This document shows positions 37,901-52,100 of a stretch of DNA of 64,000 bases, one piece after another. The position numbers and the translations under genes are program-made. Below the pieces are notes generated by a model. The model was not told the origin of the DNA. It did not search any database and worked only from the letters and a program-made list of their open reading frames with translations. The stretch covers positions 3,806,228 to 3,870,227 of the forward strand of contig NW_019091357.1 of the NCBI RefSeq assembly GCF_001949145.1, written 5' to 3'. How positions within the stretch are numbered: position 1 is the stretch's first letter; every line of letters starts with the position of its first letter. The stretch is from Acanthaster planci. Taxonomy: Eukaryota.

Positions 37901-40732
37901 CCGTAGTTATGGTCACAAACGCGGTCACGATATTTCATCTATTTTGTTGGGACTAAAAATGTTATGGAGACAGAGAAATGTCCCCACAACTGGGTTCTAA
38001 TTCGCTTAAAAAATGGCCCAGCCGTTTTTACATAACACTATGGAAGTTGTCCACTCCAAGGAAGTGTGACTTATTTTGTGTCTCTGGCGTCATGTTTAGG
38101 TTTTTTTGGCATCCATTTGGTCGACTGCTGCATTTCTGTGCGACATAAAATTGGCCTCTGATTCTCAGCTTATTCTTCACTTGATTAACTTAATTTTATG
38201 TTTAAAGATCAAAAGTAAAAAAAAAAATAAAGATGCACCTGTACGTGAAAGTGCTCCTCAAAGCTTTCAATCCAGTAGAACACCGCTAGCGCTATAATCA
38301 ATACATAACCGTAAGTTCGGGATCACCGATTATCCAGCTTGGTTCCTGAATTTTCTTTGAACTTTTACCCTTCTGTTGATAAGGCCGGTTCACCTCGAAA
38401 ATTCCGTTTTTTTCTAGTTACAACAACAGTAGCCAGTTACCTAAGAGTACCAAATGAAAGAAGGCTGACTGCGAAGGATTCTAGTAATGCAGAATGCCAA
38501 ATGATATTTATCCCTTGTCGAGGTAGAAACTATGCTTTTATGGCGATTGTTTATCATTTTGAACTGTAAAGGTAACGTTACGTTTTTCATTTACGTATAA
38601 TTGTCTGTTCTAGTGAATAGAAAGTAGTGGCTATTTTATATTAGCTTAACGACCTTCAAATCGCAATCAAATTCCTTGTAAAATACGTGCCATACAACTT
38701 CGGCTGAAGCCATTCGCATCTTGAGTGTGGTTTCAAACATCGTTTTGGATTAAAAGTATTAAAAACTGTTAACAAAATGTTTATTATTCAAGTTTGCACT
38801 GAGCCTCTTGGGCATGACCGGAGGTCCTCTACTTGGTCTGTTCAGCCTGGGACTGTTCTTTCCCTGGACTAACTCAAAGGTAGCAAATACCTTCATAATA
38901 ACACCACCATACTCTAAATTATCATCATTGTCACCTGCATAAGTACAGACTCACTACAGTCACCCTCATCAAACGATTTCTGTCGTCCTCCTGTGTGTTT
39001 TATTGTGAATTTCATATACTTTAGAACTTTTTTCTCCAGCTCTGTCGTCATCTTTGTCTGATACAGCTTCACTGCCATCAACTTCAACTGCAGCTGTAAG
39101 GTCATCCGAGCCATCCCCATGCCTCTCATAAGTATCTATGGCATCACAAACCTCCCCATGGGCTGTCGTAGACACCTAAAGCTTTGTCGATATGAACTTC
39201 ATGTAAGCCTGCCATTTTTGAAAACCCCGAGTTCATTATTTTACAGCATCTGCTCGATCCTCGTTATCGCTAGTTCAAGTTTTGATATGTCGCTATCATC
39301 TCTGTCGTTAATGTCGCCAGGTTCATCATTGTTGCCATTCATGTGTGCCTCCAAAGTCATTGCTATTTTCCCCTTAATTGTCTATTGCGCGTCATCGTCT
39401 TCTATCACCGGTGTCGTCGTCCTCTATTTCTGCACTTAGGAATCTCATTATTAACGTCATTTCAGTCAGAAAACTATTAAGACACCATATAAACAAATAA
39501 CTGAAAATATTTCTGAAACTGTTTTATTTCCTGTTCAAAACCAAGCTTGTTTAATTTTTGAAGGGTGCGATCACGGGGCTGGTGACAGGCCTGGGTTTTG
39601 CCTTTTGGGTCGGTATCGGGGCAATCATTTACCCTCCAAGCGCCTACAAACCACCGCTAACCACTGAAGGATGCAACCTGACCACTACCACACCCAGCCC
39701 ACTTCTGACGACGTCTCTCCCGCCAGAAATGTAACTTTTAAAAAGAATCTGTCTGGCTATCGTTTGCTCAGGATTCGAACCGAGTTCATAATTACGTTTG
39801 CCAGTTTTGTACACTCATGCTCTAAAGTAATGGTATTTTGCTTCTTCCCCGCTTAGCCCACCCATTGCTGAATTTTACACACTCTCATACACCTGGTATG
39901 CTTGCGTCTCTTGGCTTGTGACCATCTTCGTTGGACTTCTGGTCAGTTTCCTGACAGGTAAGCCAGCTTGCTGCCCTCTTTTTGCTAGGGTTCAGATGGG
40001 CATCCTCCCAGAAGAAATCCTTTCAATTTCCTTTCTGGATCAACTGGCTTTGATCGAAGATTGAAAGTGGCCTTGGCTACCTGCCAGGGACTCCACGAGC
40101 GCGCACCTAACTCTTGCATATCCTGCAGCAGCGAAACCAACTATCACAGATGCTTCCTTTTATCCTTCCGTCCCATGGTATATAAAAAAGGTAACTCAGA
40201 AAAATCCAGAATTCGGAAGGTATACCACCCTTCACTGGACTAAGTGGAAGGTGAAGTGTGTTAAGCGTGCTAACTGGATGCAGTAGGAACTACAGACTGC
40301 TGTTCTCCGCGACTGTACTGGAGAAGAATACTTTTTTGGTCCGTAGGTACCACCAAGAGGCAAGACATCGACCCTGTCCTTCGGTCTCATTGCGTGGACG
40401 GTCTGTACTGCTGCCTCCCAGAAGTGATTAAGAAGCCACTACGATGCGGAGACGAGAAACCGGTAGGCAGCACACGATCAGACTGTGTCATGAATCAGAG
40501 AGAAAAAAATGCTTTGATAGTCAAGCAAGTCATCTCTATCTTTCTCTTCTTTCAGGATTACACCAAGAAGGACGAAGAGGCAGATATGTTCGAAGTGAAA
40601 GAGGTCAAACTAGACTTGACCAATCACGCCCTGGGTAACGATGATGTTGACATGGTAACAATTGCCAATGACCATCCTGGTGGTACTGACAAGGATAACG
40701 GCCTAGACAATGAGGTTTTCACAGCTCTTTAA
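31962..40732 (+). CDS. SLC5A8: Sodium-coupled monocarboxylate transporter-like (SLC5A8/SLC5A12/NIS subfamily), paralog 1, 629 aa
   Basis: 15 exons: 31962-32312, 33031-33096, 33732-33783, 34324-34391, 35430-35584, 35809-35949, 36387-36522, 36753-36841, 37298-37410, 37798-37868, 38793-38879, 39564-39730, 39857-39957, 40347-40462, 40556-40732 (1890 nt). Motifs [51 protein letters not shown]. The symbol means 'like'; orthology is not established. Confidence 0.93.
32777..32990. mobile_element. Non-autonomous hAT-like MITE, 214 bp
   Basis: TIRs CAGTGGCGTAATTA...TAGTTACGCCACTG and a perfect 8-bp TSD GACGTCAT (32769-32776 and 32991-32998). Confidence 0.9.
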
Positions 40733-41926
40733 CCATATGTTGACAACGATGACTAATTTTTATGATGACAACGTAGGCCTACCTCTTCCGCGCAGAAAAA
40801 GTATGCCTGCGTTTATGAATGCTTTAAGCGTTTAATTTTCCTCAATCAAAAACCAAGGCCAGTCAGATTAAACCATTCTTGTTACAAAAAGAACCGTTAT
40901 ACACTATCATTCATAAGAAGCAGGCTTAATATATCGAGGACCGGTAATACGCTGTTAAAAACTGTCTGTTATATAACAGTAGATTCTATTATTAATTGGC
41001 ATTAATAATAGAATAATAGAGAAGTTCCTATTTTGGGACTGCACATTCTACTGTCAGTTTCTCTGTATACTAACAGAAGATTCTTTTGGAAGTGTATTTA
41101 GGACAGGGTAAGAAAAACTTTGTTCATACATACTTTGTTTGTACGTGCGGTTTTGTAAATAATGATCCTAGGCACTGGTCGCATTTTAAATTCCGTCTTT
41201 ACCAGAAGCATCTCCTCATCGGTTGAAACGAGCCATGCTGGTGGGGAGTGTTGTTTTGTTGGTAGGGCTGGACGCGTACGCAACGTTCATTGTCAATCGG
41301 GAACCAGCAAAGTGGAGTTCTTACCAAGGGAGCCTCTGTTGCTCGAAAATCGTACCCTCTCTTGGTCCTGCTCGGGCCCAGTGACCTGAAATTTAGTCAT
41401 GCAATGCAACATGTGGATTACTAATCCGTAAATACGGTTTAGTAATCCATACGTACGAAATAGTAATCCGTTCTTACGAATTTGTTTTTCTTACCATTTC
41501 CTAAATACACTTCCATAAAAATTTCCTTTTAGTAAACAGAGGAAAAACTGACCGTAGAAAGTGCTGTCCCAAACCAACAACTCATATAAAGCCATTTGAC
41601 AATAGTATCTACTGTTATTTAACAGAAACTTTTAACAGTGTACAAAAACATGTCCGGTAACATTACAGGCACACACACATAAAACAGCTTGATTAATGAG
41701 TCAGAGAAGTTTGAAATCGGCACCATAAATTTCAAATGATATGCCCATGATATTCACGTAGATAGATAACAGCATTTGGAGTCTTTAATTTCATCGTACG
41801 CAAAGTAGATTTAGGGGATTCGCATTCCTCCTCTTGAGACGAACTCTGATTGGCCGCTAAATGTATCAGCTTCGTAATCAACAGCTCTTCAAGAAAAGAG
41901 CAATTCATGGTTCCAATGGCATAAAC

Positions 41927-41932
41927 AATAAA
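41927..41932 (+). terminator. Candidate polyadenylation signal of SLC5 paralog 1
   Basis: AATAAA lies within a block (AGCTCTTCA.GAAAAGAGCAATT...TAAACAATAAACAG) conserved downstream of paralog 2. Confidence 0.5.
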
Positions 41933-43973
41933 CAGCCACGCTAAGAGTATTAAAATGTCCAGTGTTTAAAATGTCCTTTTCGGTGCCAAAGATGATTCGT
42001 CTGAAAATAGAATAATCAAGTAAGAGGTAAAACACAACTATTTTACTTTGATTTCCATACAGCTGTATGACTACAGGTACATACTTAGTAAGAAATACGT
42101 TTAACTTACTTCTTAGTTTTTTAACGTCTTTTCATAGAAAGATTAAATCATTTGGGCTTGTAGCCAGCTTTTCAAATAACTTGTGACCAAAGTATTACTT
42201 ATTTTATATGTTATTTTTCACCCTGTTTCCCACGGCTGGTCTTGGGAAAGTCTTGAGAAGGGACTTGGGATAGACTCAATTTCAACGTTGCTTGTTGCCA
42301 GTGCTAGAAACACCCCTTATCGGTTGAAAAGAGCTATATTTGTTGGGCAGCTAAGCCCCCAAACTGAGCACTTTTGATAAAAGCATGAAACTTCGCTTAG
42401 ATCTTCATTCCTAGAGTAGAATGTTTAGATGTGGGAACATCTTATATCTGACCTCTTGCTACCTTATAGTATTTTACCAAATTTACATTTTAAAACTGCC
42501 CTAGTCCAAATGTGAGGTATTTAAAATGTGAAAGAATATCAGAATGACGTTTCATAACTTACCTTCACTGATCTTTAAAAGGTCATTTACCTTGATAAGT
42601 TCACTGACGTTCATTTTATCTTATTGTAACTATGAACTGGATTTGATCAATAACACATGTTTTTCTTTCTATGGTCCAATTGTAGGTTCTTTTTTTACAT
42701 TAAAGGGTATCATAAAGGATTTGTCGTATCATAATGGATTTGTCGTATCTGACCTTTGGACGGTTGTTACCTCTGGCGAGGTCAGCGACCTTTGTATTTT
42801 ATGTGTCAAATTCTCCTTACACTGCCCCTTCTACATTCAAATTCATGTTTGAGTTAACTGCTCGTAAAAAATCGAGAAAAACAGCGCAGCATTTTCAACG
42901 TTTAAATCAAATTTGTTGTGGTTTATCTTACGTAAAATCTATGGATTATAGGGCGTTCGTAGTACAAGCGAACATCATCCGCGGGGCCAGGGTGGGAAAC
43001 AAGTATGGTAGGTTCCCATTCCCTTAGGGAAGGATCAGTTCTCAACGGTTACAAGGAGTAATCAGTTAAATTACCTTGGAGTAAAGCGCGTCCTCGACAT
43101 TGTAGCATTGTGAATTCGTGGAAACATTTCACCCACGAATACAGCAGTCGCCTCTTGTCCGAGACATGAAAGGAGGAGGCCTATCACACGTGCGCGCGCA
43201 ATCGTGCTTATACGGCATTTTCATGTCAGTTCACACGCGTCGATAAAAGTCTAAAACTCCATTCATAGTTATTAATAATTATAAGTAAAAAAGAATTGTA
43301 TCTTACAACAAGGGAGGATTAACGTGTGGAAATTGTACTTTGTTTGCCATACTGGATTATACTATTATTATCTAGGGGTGATTTGAATTTGCAGAGTTTC
43401 CCCAACAACAACTTCCCTTCAATAAAATTTAACTTCATACTGATCCACTGATTTACTTTCTACTTTACGCCTAACACTCGGGTTCCTATAATTTCAGTTC
43501 ACAGTGCTGTTCGTGAAAGAATGTCGGTATATTTTTAGTTGCTTTTAGGTTTATGTGTTCATTAATGGAAACCCCTACAAGATCTGCATACACTACCTTA
43601 GAAAATTGGCGTCCGTTAAAGGATGTGGTGTGCAGAGTGAAGTTAACTCTATTACGATGGCCGGCAGACTATCGTAAAAAAAGACCACAATTTTTGGTTT
43701 TCTTGAAAACTACAGCATTCTGGGTTGAAATATTTTACAGACTGATTGAGACTGTTATGGACTCTCTTTCAAGTAAGATACTTTAGGATTATACGGTAGT
43801 CCGATTTTCGGGATTTTACCAATGGCGTTCACCACCTTTAACCAATCATTTACGGTTAAAAATGAATGACTGCAGATTCTTAACTTGGGGTTTCAGTTTG
43901 TGGTTTCTTTTTAATGTCTCCAAACCAACTTTGGACATCATGAATAGTCTTCAAATGTTTCCTTTTGTTTCAG

Positions 43974-45510
43974 TACCTCGAGTTACGCTTCAACAAAGTG
44001 GGAACTCTAATATTTTTTCCTATATATGGTATGTTTTACTTCTTCCTTTCTCGGCCTCTCCTTTTGCAGTCATTGAATTATCAACCCATGTTAGACAGGC
44101 TTCATCATTTATTCACGACTACCAAATTATGATTGCTGTACCCACAGTGTTATTTTATGTAGTGTTGTTGTTTCAAGTTCATGCGCGGACGTCCTGGGTA
44201 TTCATCTTTCTGACCCTTTTACTCCAATCGTTTGTTTAGACACACCCGTATACAGTGACAATGTGTCGCAGCTTGGACAAATTGTTTCAAAGAATAATCT
44301 TGATGCTGTTTAAAGAAAAGATTATTAAACTCTGCCAATGGTGCTGATGTCAATATTTGCTGAAGATTGTAAAGTGATCCTGTAAGAATTTTTGATGTTT
44401 TATTGTGTCATGTCTGCCACTAGCAAACCCTGTTGTTTGGCAGTCGGGCAGTCATTTCCAGGGTATGTAGCATTTTGTATGAAATGCTGGCGTATCAGCG
44501 TCCAAATTGAGGTCAGTTTAGTTTCGTGGGTGGGGTTTTTGTACCCTTCAAACGAATCAGTTTGTAATATTTGGTTCTTTCATTCAAAATTGGTTCATGC
44601 TTGTGGCGACCCTGACTGGACACAATGTGTTGAAAAAAATCATCTATTTAGCATGACCACTGCCTTCATTCATTGTTGTGTCTACGCGTTCCAGTCTTCT
44701 TAGGACAAATTCGAAGCTTATCGTCTAGGAAGGTACAAGGAAAAAATGAACCTACAATTATAAACCTGCATTTCCAAAAATTTTCAGTTCGCGTGAGCGT
44801 ATATCGCACGGAGGCGCGCAATGCTTTTTTAAATGAAGATTCTTAAAAATCGTTGCACTTTCTGGTGAAGAACTAAGCTCAAAGTGGGACGCATGATAAA
44901 AATTGGCATTGCTACCACTTTGCTAAAGGGCGTTGGAAGTCTATTACAAAGTGCATGGGGTCTCTGGATAGTGAACCGCTGCAGCGAAATGAATAGTAAC
45001 CATGAATAGTACCCAGGCGTGAAATTTCTGCTCATAGCGTTAAAAACCTGTGGGTGAGGTGTTGCAAAACAAATGTTGACTGCTTTATCTCTTAGTATAG
45101 TAAAACTAGTCTCCCAGGACGAATAGAATGCTCTACGGATAACTCGGGAGGCTAGTTTGCTACCACTCGAAGCAGTCAATATTTGCTGACAAGACAGTAT
45201 TCTTATATGTTATGACATGTCATTGAACAATTATGTAGGTTTGTTTTCCTTCTCTTTTGAAGGTATTTTTCATGGGAATAGTCATCTATACTCCGGCCTT
45301 GGCACTCAATGCACGTTGTATCTGTTGCTGGGTTACCGTTTAGAAATAAAAATCTTCTTGCTTCCCTAAATAGAGTAAACTTTCTTTGTGCCCCCGTTTG
45401 ATTGTTCAGGCTTTACGGTAATGTTATTTTGTTTTTCCCCGATTAGCCAGGCAATCGCTGAACTTTACACGCTCTCTTACAGCTATTATGCTTGCGTCTA
45501 TGCTTGTGTT
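43974..45510 (+). pseudogene. Collapsed SLC5A8-like pseudogene (relics of exons 2, 3 and 13)
   Basis: Exon 2 relic 43974-44028 is 55 nt versus 66 (frameshifted). Exon 3 relic 45263-45314 reads VFFMGIVIYTPALALNA. Exon 13 relic from 45447 reads [17 protein letters not shown] and is truncated. No exon 1 or exons 4-12 were found. Confidence 0.85.
44240..44710 (-). mobile_element. Degenerate Penelope-like RT fragment
   Basis: Minus-strand fragments KAVVML and CDTLSLYTGV resemble the Penelope RT motifs ADKGxAVVVM and FDVxSLYTNV. A similar sequence lies at ~47290-47640. Confidence 0.45.
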
Positions 45511-46113
45511 CGTTATTATTTGCTTCTTTTAAAAGCTGCCAGCCATAGTTCTACCAGCCACTGGTGGCCAAATACAACTACAATGTACATAAAGAAGGGA
45601 CTCTTGCTCCCCGTGATGAAACGCTAAAAAAATGCGCCCTCTTTTAGTAGTCTTAGAATATGCGCAGACGTGTGCGTACTGGTATACATTACCGGTCTCT
45701 GGCATCTCTAGAGCCAAAGCCCTTGGCCAGGGAACTCGGCTGTGGCTTTAAAATGCTCGCTCAAGTGGTTGGTTGTGGATGCAACCACATTTCAGAGGGT
45801 TATGAGACATGGCAGGTAAACAGACGGGATAAAGTTAGCTTGATCGGTTTCGTGTGCTGAAAATTAATATGTAAATGGTTCATTAGTAAATACCTTACAT
45901 AACACGTCATGATTATTCAGAGTATTAGTAGCCTCATGCTCACTCATCGTTTTGAGTGGCAGGACAGGCAGTATTCACACCTCTCACTTCCTCATCAGAA
46001 AACGAAATCTGGGCAAGAAGCTGGCACCAGATCACAAGTTGTACTGCGCCACACCTTCAGTGGAGACTCACCCCTGGTTTAGCCTTCTACCGTAGCTCCC
46101 TCGCAGTGACACC

Positions 46114-49100
46114 ATGGCTGAATTGGAAGTTGTTGGTACTTTCGGCGTCTGGGACTACGTGGTGTTTGGCTGCATGCTTCTCATCTCCTTGAGCATCGGC
46201 TTCTTCTACGGTTGCACCGGCGGCAAACAGCGGACGACCAGCGAGTTCCTGCTGGCCGACCGCAACATGAACCCCATCCCCGTGGCCTTGTCACTGGTGG
46301 CTAGCTTCATCTCGGCAATCACAGTCCTGGGTACGCCGGCCGAGGTCTACATCTACGGCTCCATGTTCTGGCTGTTCGCCTTCACCTACCCCATCATCGC
46401 TTTCGTGGTGTCGCGGCTGTTTATCCCGACGTTTTTCAGGCTTAATGTGACCAGTGCAAACGAGGTATGGTGTGAGTTCACATACAGGAAACAAAAATGA
46501 TGACATCATTTCAGATCCTAGGTCGTTTTCGTTTCCCTGGAGCTTTAAAGTTTCTTAAGTTTTTTGTTAGGCACAATTAATTTTTTTTTCCAAATTCCTC
46601 AGAAGTAGTCCGGTATCTAACAGTGACTGTACTTTGTGAAAGTCTTCAAGATGATTGCAACTAAAGGGTAAAATCAACGCTGTGATGTGAATAAAACTTG
46701 AACAATACTCACAAAAGGTTTGAAAATGTGGATCCAATTACTGTAATCACTGAGAAAATTTTTCATTTTTGTTGTTCTGTTTGTAACGTGCATTCATTTC
46801 TGTGAATGATTAACTCAAGTTCCCAAACGTGTAGTTTTGTTATGAGATTTTCTCCTTCAATGTCCCTAAACCAGTTTAGAACCTTGGGCGCTATAAAAGC
46901 ACAGTTTTGAAATGTTTCCATTTGTTTCAGTACCTCGAGTTACGCTTCGGCAAAGCAGTTCGCATCTCAGCCACTCTAACATTTTTCCTGAATATGGTAT
47001 GTTCTACTTTGCACTTTCCTGTTCTGTTCTGAAGTTGGTCTATTATCCACATGCACGATTTCTGGCCCGGGTAGTGCGACAATGGCTAAGCGATGTCATG
47101 TTTCCCCAAGTCTGTCACGTGTGTGCATTATTGTCGCCATTATTAAATCGTACTTTTTGACGCATGTGGAGGGTGTAGCATATAATCTATAACCGGTTTC
47201 AGACACGCCCAAAGTGAGAAAAATTCACGCAGCTCGCGGAATTCAGACTGATTTAGTTTATAATCTTGTCATTATTTGAAGAAAGGATTGATGGACCCTG
47301 TCGATGGTAGTGATGCAAATATTTGCGTATACTATGGGTTCGGTTGTGATCACATACGAATGTCCTGTGTTTTGTTGTGTCATACTTGCCATCAGTCAAT
47401 ATTGTTGGGCGCCAGTCAAGCAACCAGTTGCGGAGTGTTATAAAATGTGTTAGTTTATGGATGCAGTTAATGCACCATTCAAACAGACCAGTTTGCAATA
47501 AAAAGGCTCTCTTTAAATATTGGTTCATGCGTATGATAAGTTTCTTTTCAAACTCTGCAAACGATGCGGTGTCATTGCCTTCTCCACACGAGTCGACGGC
47601 CTTGAATAGAAGCCGAGCAACACCTGCACATAATAGATTTTCATGTAAATTAAAAGAAATGTTTTTTTGTAAAAAATTATACACGGTTCACTTCGCATTC
47701 GTCTCGAAGACTCATTTCCTTTCGTATGTCATGATTAATTTTGTCTTGGTGGCTCATTCTAGCATTCCAGCCCTATAATGTCATACGTCTACCATAGTTT
47801 TATGAGGGACAATTTACTTTCGTCGTCCGGAAGCACGACAGACAATAAAACCCATGTTTGTCTCATAAACTTCACACACATTTACTCTACTATGTATGCC
47901 TATTAAACATAGGCCTAGGTGTTTGACAGGAAATTATTATTTAACATTCATTTTATATATTTGTCAATATGTATCTTAGTATCCATCTATTTCTTCGAAA
48001 ATATAGCTGCATCTTTACGGGTGAGGAATTATGCTCAGAGTGGGGACTCGTCCAAATGGGTTTGGTGACCAATAGGCCTATGTGAGAAAGGGCATTGGAA
48101 GTCCCAAACAAATTGCACAAAATCTGTGAGTAGTGATCCCTGGGGAGGTGGTGTTTCACCGCCCTTCAGAAATGGATGGCTACAAAAGTGGGTTCACTTT
48201 TCGATACGTGACAATATTCCTATATCCGATTGTGCTGTGCCATTAAACAGTTCTCTTGATCTCTCCCTCTCCCTTCTCTTCTGAAGGTATTCTACATGGG
48301 AATTGTCATCTACGCTCCAGCCTTGGCACTCAATGCGGGTTTGTATCCATCACTTAGTTAAACCTCTGAAAGAGAAATAGCTTCCCTTTGCTCTAAACAG
48401 TGTCAATTTTTTACTTTCAATTTCTTCCGGCTTTTATTACGACCAGACGTTTAGATACGGAGGGAGATGTCCTCTTCAGAGGTGGGATAAGACTAACAAA
48501 TAGAGAAAAACTGTTCATTTTGTGCGTTTTCAAAGGGGTGATCATCGGGGTACGATAAGGGCGTACGTGAAATAGCAGATTGACACCAGTTTCAAGGCAT
48601 GCTGTTTCGTTTTTATCGGTTGTATTACTCTATCATTCGCTTTTTGATTCAAAATCTATAACCCCTTCGTTTCTTGCAGTGACCAACATCAGCTTGTGGG
48701 GATCCGTCCTGGCCACGGGACTCGTCTGCACCGTATATACAACTATTGTAAGCATTGCCCAATGGTCAGCTGTTCGATCAGAATTTCACATTATGTTGCT
48801 GGGGTACATATTAGAGTCAACTACTGGGGATTCTTACTCTCTTCATGCAGCCGAAACCAATAATTGAAATCAGGCTGACGTAAAGTTAATACCTGTACAT
48901 TGGGCAAATTTCACCAAACTGGGAACATGTCAGTCGGAACAACATGCATAATTTCACATGTTATGGCCAGGAGGATTGACCAGGGTAACTGAACCCAGAC
49001 GGAAGCCTTTTTAAAACCATCTAACAACCGTTTGGGCCCACTCACACATGCAGTGTACCTGTACAATTACCACCACGGGTGTCTAGGAGGAAATACAAAC

Positions 49101-52100
49101 TGGCGTAAACCTCAAGCCCATGGTGATGGCTCTGCTCTTTTATGCGTATGGTGACGCAGTTCGGATAGAGCTGTGCATAAAACACATACCAAACACGAGC
49201 TAATAATAAAGGATTACTTTGCCGTTTGGGACAACCTTCAGGGTGGCATGAAGGCCGTGCTGTGGACCGACGTGTTTCAGACGTGCCTCATGATGGCGGG
49301 CTTTCTGGCCATCATCATCGAGGGAACTATCCGCCTGGGTGGAATCGGCAACGTCTGGCAGATCGCCGAGGAAGGAGGCCGCATCGACTTCTGGAAGTGA
49401 GTCTAGCCATCAAACAAGCAATGTAGAGAAGAACATTTCCATTCAAGGTTAATGATGTAAAAAAATGACTTCCACGCACGAACAACGGAACATTCTTTGC
49501 TATCACGAACGACGCCCCTAGACATTATTCAGTTTTGTGAAATAAGAGGCATGACCGTAAAGCACAGAACGCTTTTAAAGTTTGTGAATGTGATTTTGGA
49601 AATTGAGCCACTAACTAGTTGGCTAGGCTCCTCAAGTTTGCTCTTATTTGGGCTACCTCTCGGAATAAATGTAAGATATTACCTTTGGAAACTTCTTGCA
49701 ACAATACTGCCGGCATTAGGCCTACAGGATATAAGTCTGCCTAATTCTACCTCTTCCCCGTGCACAAGTTGGTAGGGAGCACGAGGATGACCATGCTGAT
49801 TTGGTTTACTCAGCACGTGTCAAAACCACGCCATTTGGAGAGAGAGGGCTGTTTTCAGGTGGATTTGATCTTAGCTGACGCGATCTCTCCGTGTCATCTT
49901 AAAGATGATAAGGTAGCAGTTATTCATCAAGCTATTGATGTAAGAAATGCTCATTTCGTGGTCCCTGTTCCCTTTCATAGTTTCAACATCGATCCAAGCA
50001 TTCGCCACACGTTTTGGTCCATTGTCGTTGGGGGATGCTTCACGTGGTCGACGACTTACGCTGTCAACCAATCGCAGGTGCAGCGCTACATGACGACAGG
50101 AAGCGTCAAAAGAGCCCGGATGTAAGTGCCTTCATTCGGCCGATACATTGCAGCAGAGTCCTGTACTAACCGAATTTTCCAGAAAACAAAGCTGAAGACT
50201 ATGTCTTTTATAGTCAACGCAAGTTTCACAGCCATTTTTTTTTAAACAATGCAACATAGTAACAGCCAACTGAAACTAGGTTGAGAAAGAGATAACAATA
50301 TTTTGCAAAAATTGATTACTTTGAGAAGCTCTGAAGGAAGGATGCCAAAATCCAAGATTTGAACTTCTGTTGTTTTGTAACACATCGTGCATGTTCCCCG
50401 TTTTGCAAAGTATTTACATTTATATGTTGTAGGACGTACAACGTCGTCCTAACAGGGTGTATCAACAGACCCTATTTTTCCCATCAAAGACTGTGTTGGA
50501 TTTTTAGTTGCAAAAACTTATTCCAAGTGATTTTTGTCGCTGTTTTCTGTGCAGCTGTATTGAACACAAATTATTGATCCAATAGCTGATAGACTTTGAA
50601 GCATTTCTGTCGTCAACTTACATAAATTATGTGGTTAAATTCTGTTTTTGTTTTGTTTTTGGCAGAGCTATGTGTTTAGCAGCTGTTGGCATGATCATTG
50701 TCGTCTCGGCGGCCTGTTTGTCTGGTCTCGTCATGTATTCCTTCTATGCAGAGAAACAGTGCGACCCCTACACCAGCAACAAAGTCTCACAGACCGACCA
50801 GGTATCAGTTCTGAGACTAAGGACTTTCCGGCTTTCTTGCCTTCCACCGACGGGGCAAAGCCAGAAAACAATCAATGCAACTTTGAGGCAACAAAGGTGG
50901 CACACATAAGCCGAGATTTCCTTTTTGTGTTAATAGACTTAACTTTGACAGAAATTATCGGAAATGACATTTTAAAGCTGCAATTTTTTTGAGCTGAAAT
51001 AAGTTGACGCTGCAGAGGTTGAGCAAGTCGATGACCGTCTGGACTGATTTGTTGTTTTCTGTTAACTTTTATATTTAAGTTAGAAAAATGCTATCTTCGA
51101 TTCTGTTTCCGCTTATTTCAGTTGATTCCTTACTTCATGATGGAGTTGTTTGGGCGGGTCCCCGGCCTTCCAGGATTCTTCACTTCAGCTGTTTTCAGTG
51201 CAGCGCTGAGGTGAGACCTGTCATACAAGTTTCCGTCTGGATCGAGAGCACTCAACCTTGACGGCCAGTCCTAAGCCCTCACCGGTGGCACCTTCATTCC
51301 ACGAGTGTTCATTCCTTCACGCCGTCTGTCCAGCGCGTCTCTTACGTTCTGATCCTTCTATAGCAACCTTGTACTTAGGGCGTGACTCTTATTTTGTCTT
51401 GACTTTGAAGGAGATTTTCCCTGGCCTTTCAGTGCAGAGACATTATTTGAAACCAAACTGTTCTAAGGCTCGTGTCCAGACTAGCAAATCTGCAAAATCC
51501 TTCACGCCACCATGCTTTTGTTTCTAATACAATGGGATTTTAAATCTAAAAAAAATCGTTTTGGTTGTTTGACTGTTTTTATTCTGTCTTATATATGTCA
51601 GTACGGTTTCTTCTGGTCTGAACGCTCTAGCCGCTGTGACAGCTGAGGATCTGGTCAAGCCCTGTTTCCCCCGCATCAGTCAAGAGCGATTCACGCTAAT
51701 TACAAAAGGCATTGGTAAGTACTAGTTCCTCCCAGAATGTGCAGTCACACGAACGCATTTTTTTCCTTTTTGAAGGGGGCAGTGGTGGTATATTTGTGTG
51801 TTTTGTTTGTTCATACATGCATTCCATAATTTGGGCATCGCCTAATAAATGTTCACGGGTATTGTTTGATTTCTCGAATGCCCTAAGCATTATGAGTCCG
51901 TCTAGTATTCAAGCTCCTCGGTTCCAAGCTTATCATTTTCATAATTCTGCGTACTTTATTTTTCAGCCCTTGGATTTGGCCTGCTTTGCATAGTGATTTC
52001 GTACATAACCTCGTTGCTCAACCAGGGTGTTTTGCAGGTTTGTGTCAATTACAAATATACACAGGTATATCACACGGTACAAGCCGTCCACTTCATGAAC

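Noticed and set aside
39040..39095. AG..GT-bounded segment in intron 11 of SLC5 paralog 1
   Set aside because: 56 nt (frame-breaking), contains a stop in the incoming frame, and is not retained in paralog 2.
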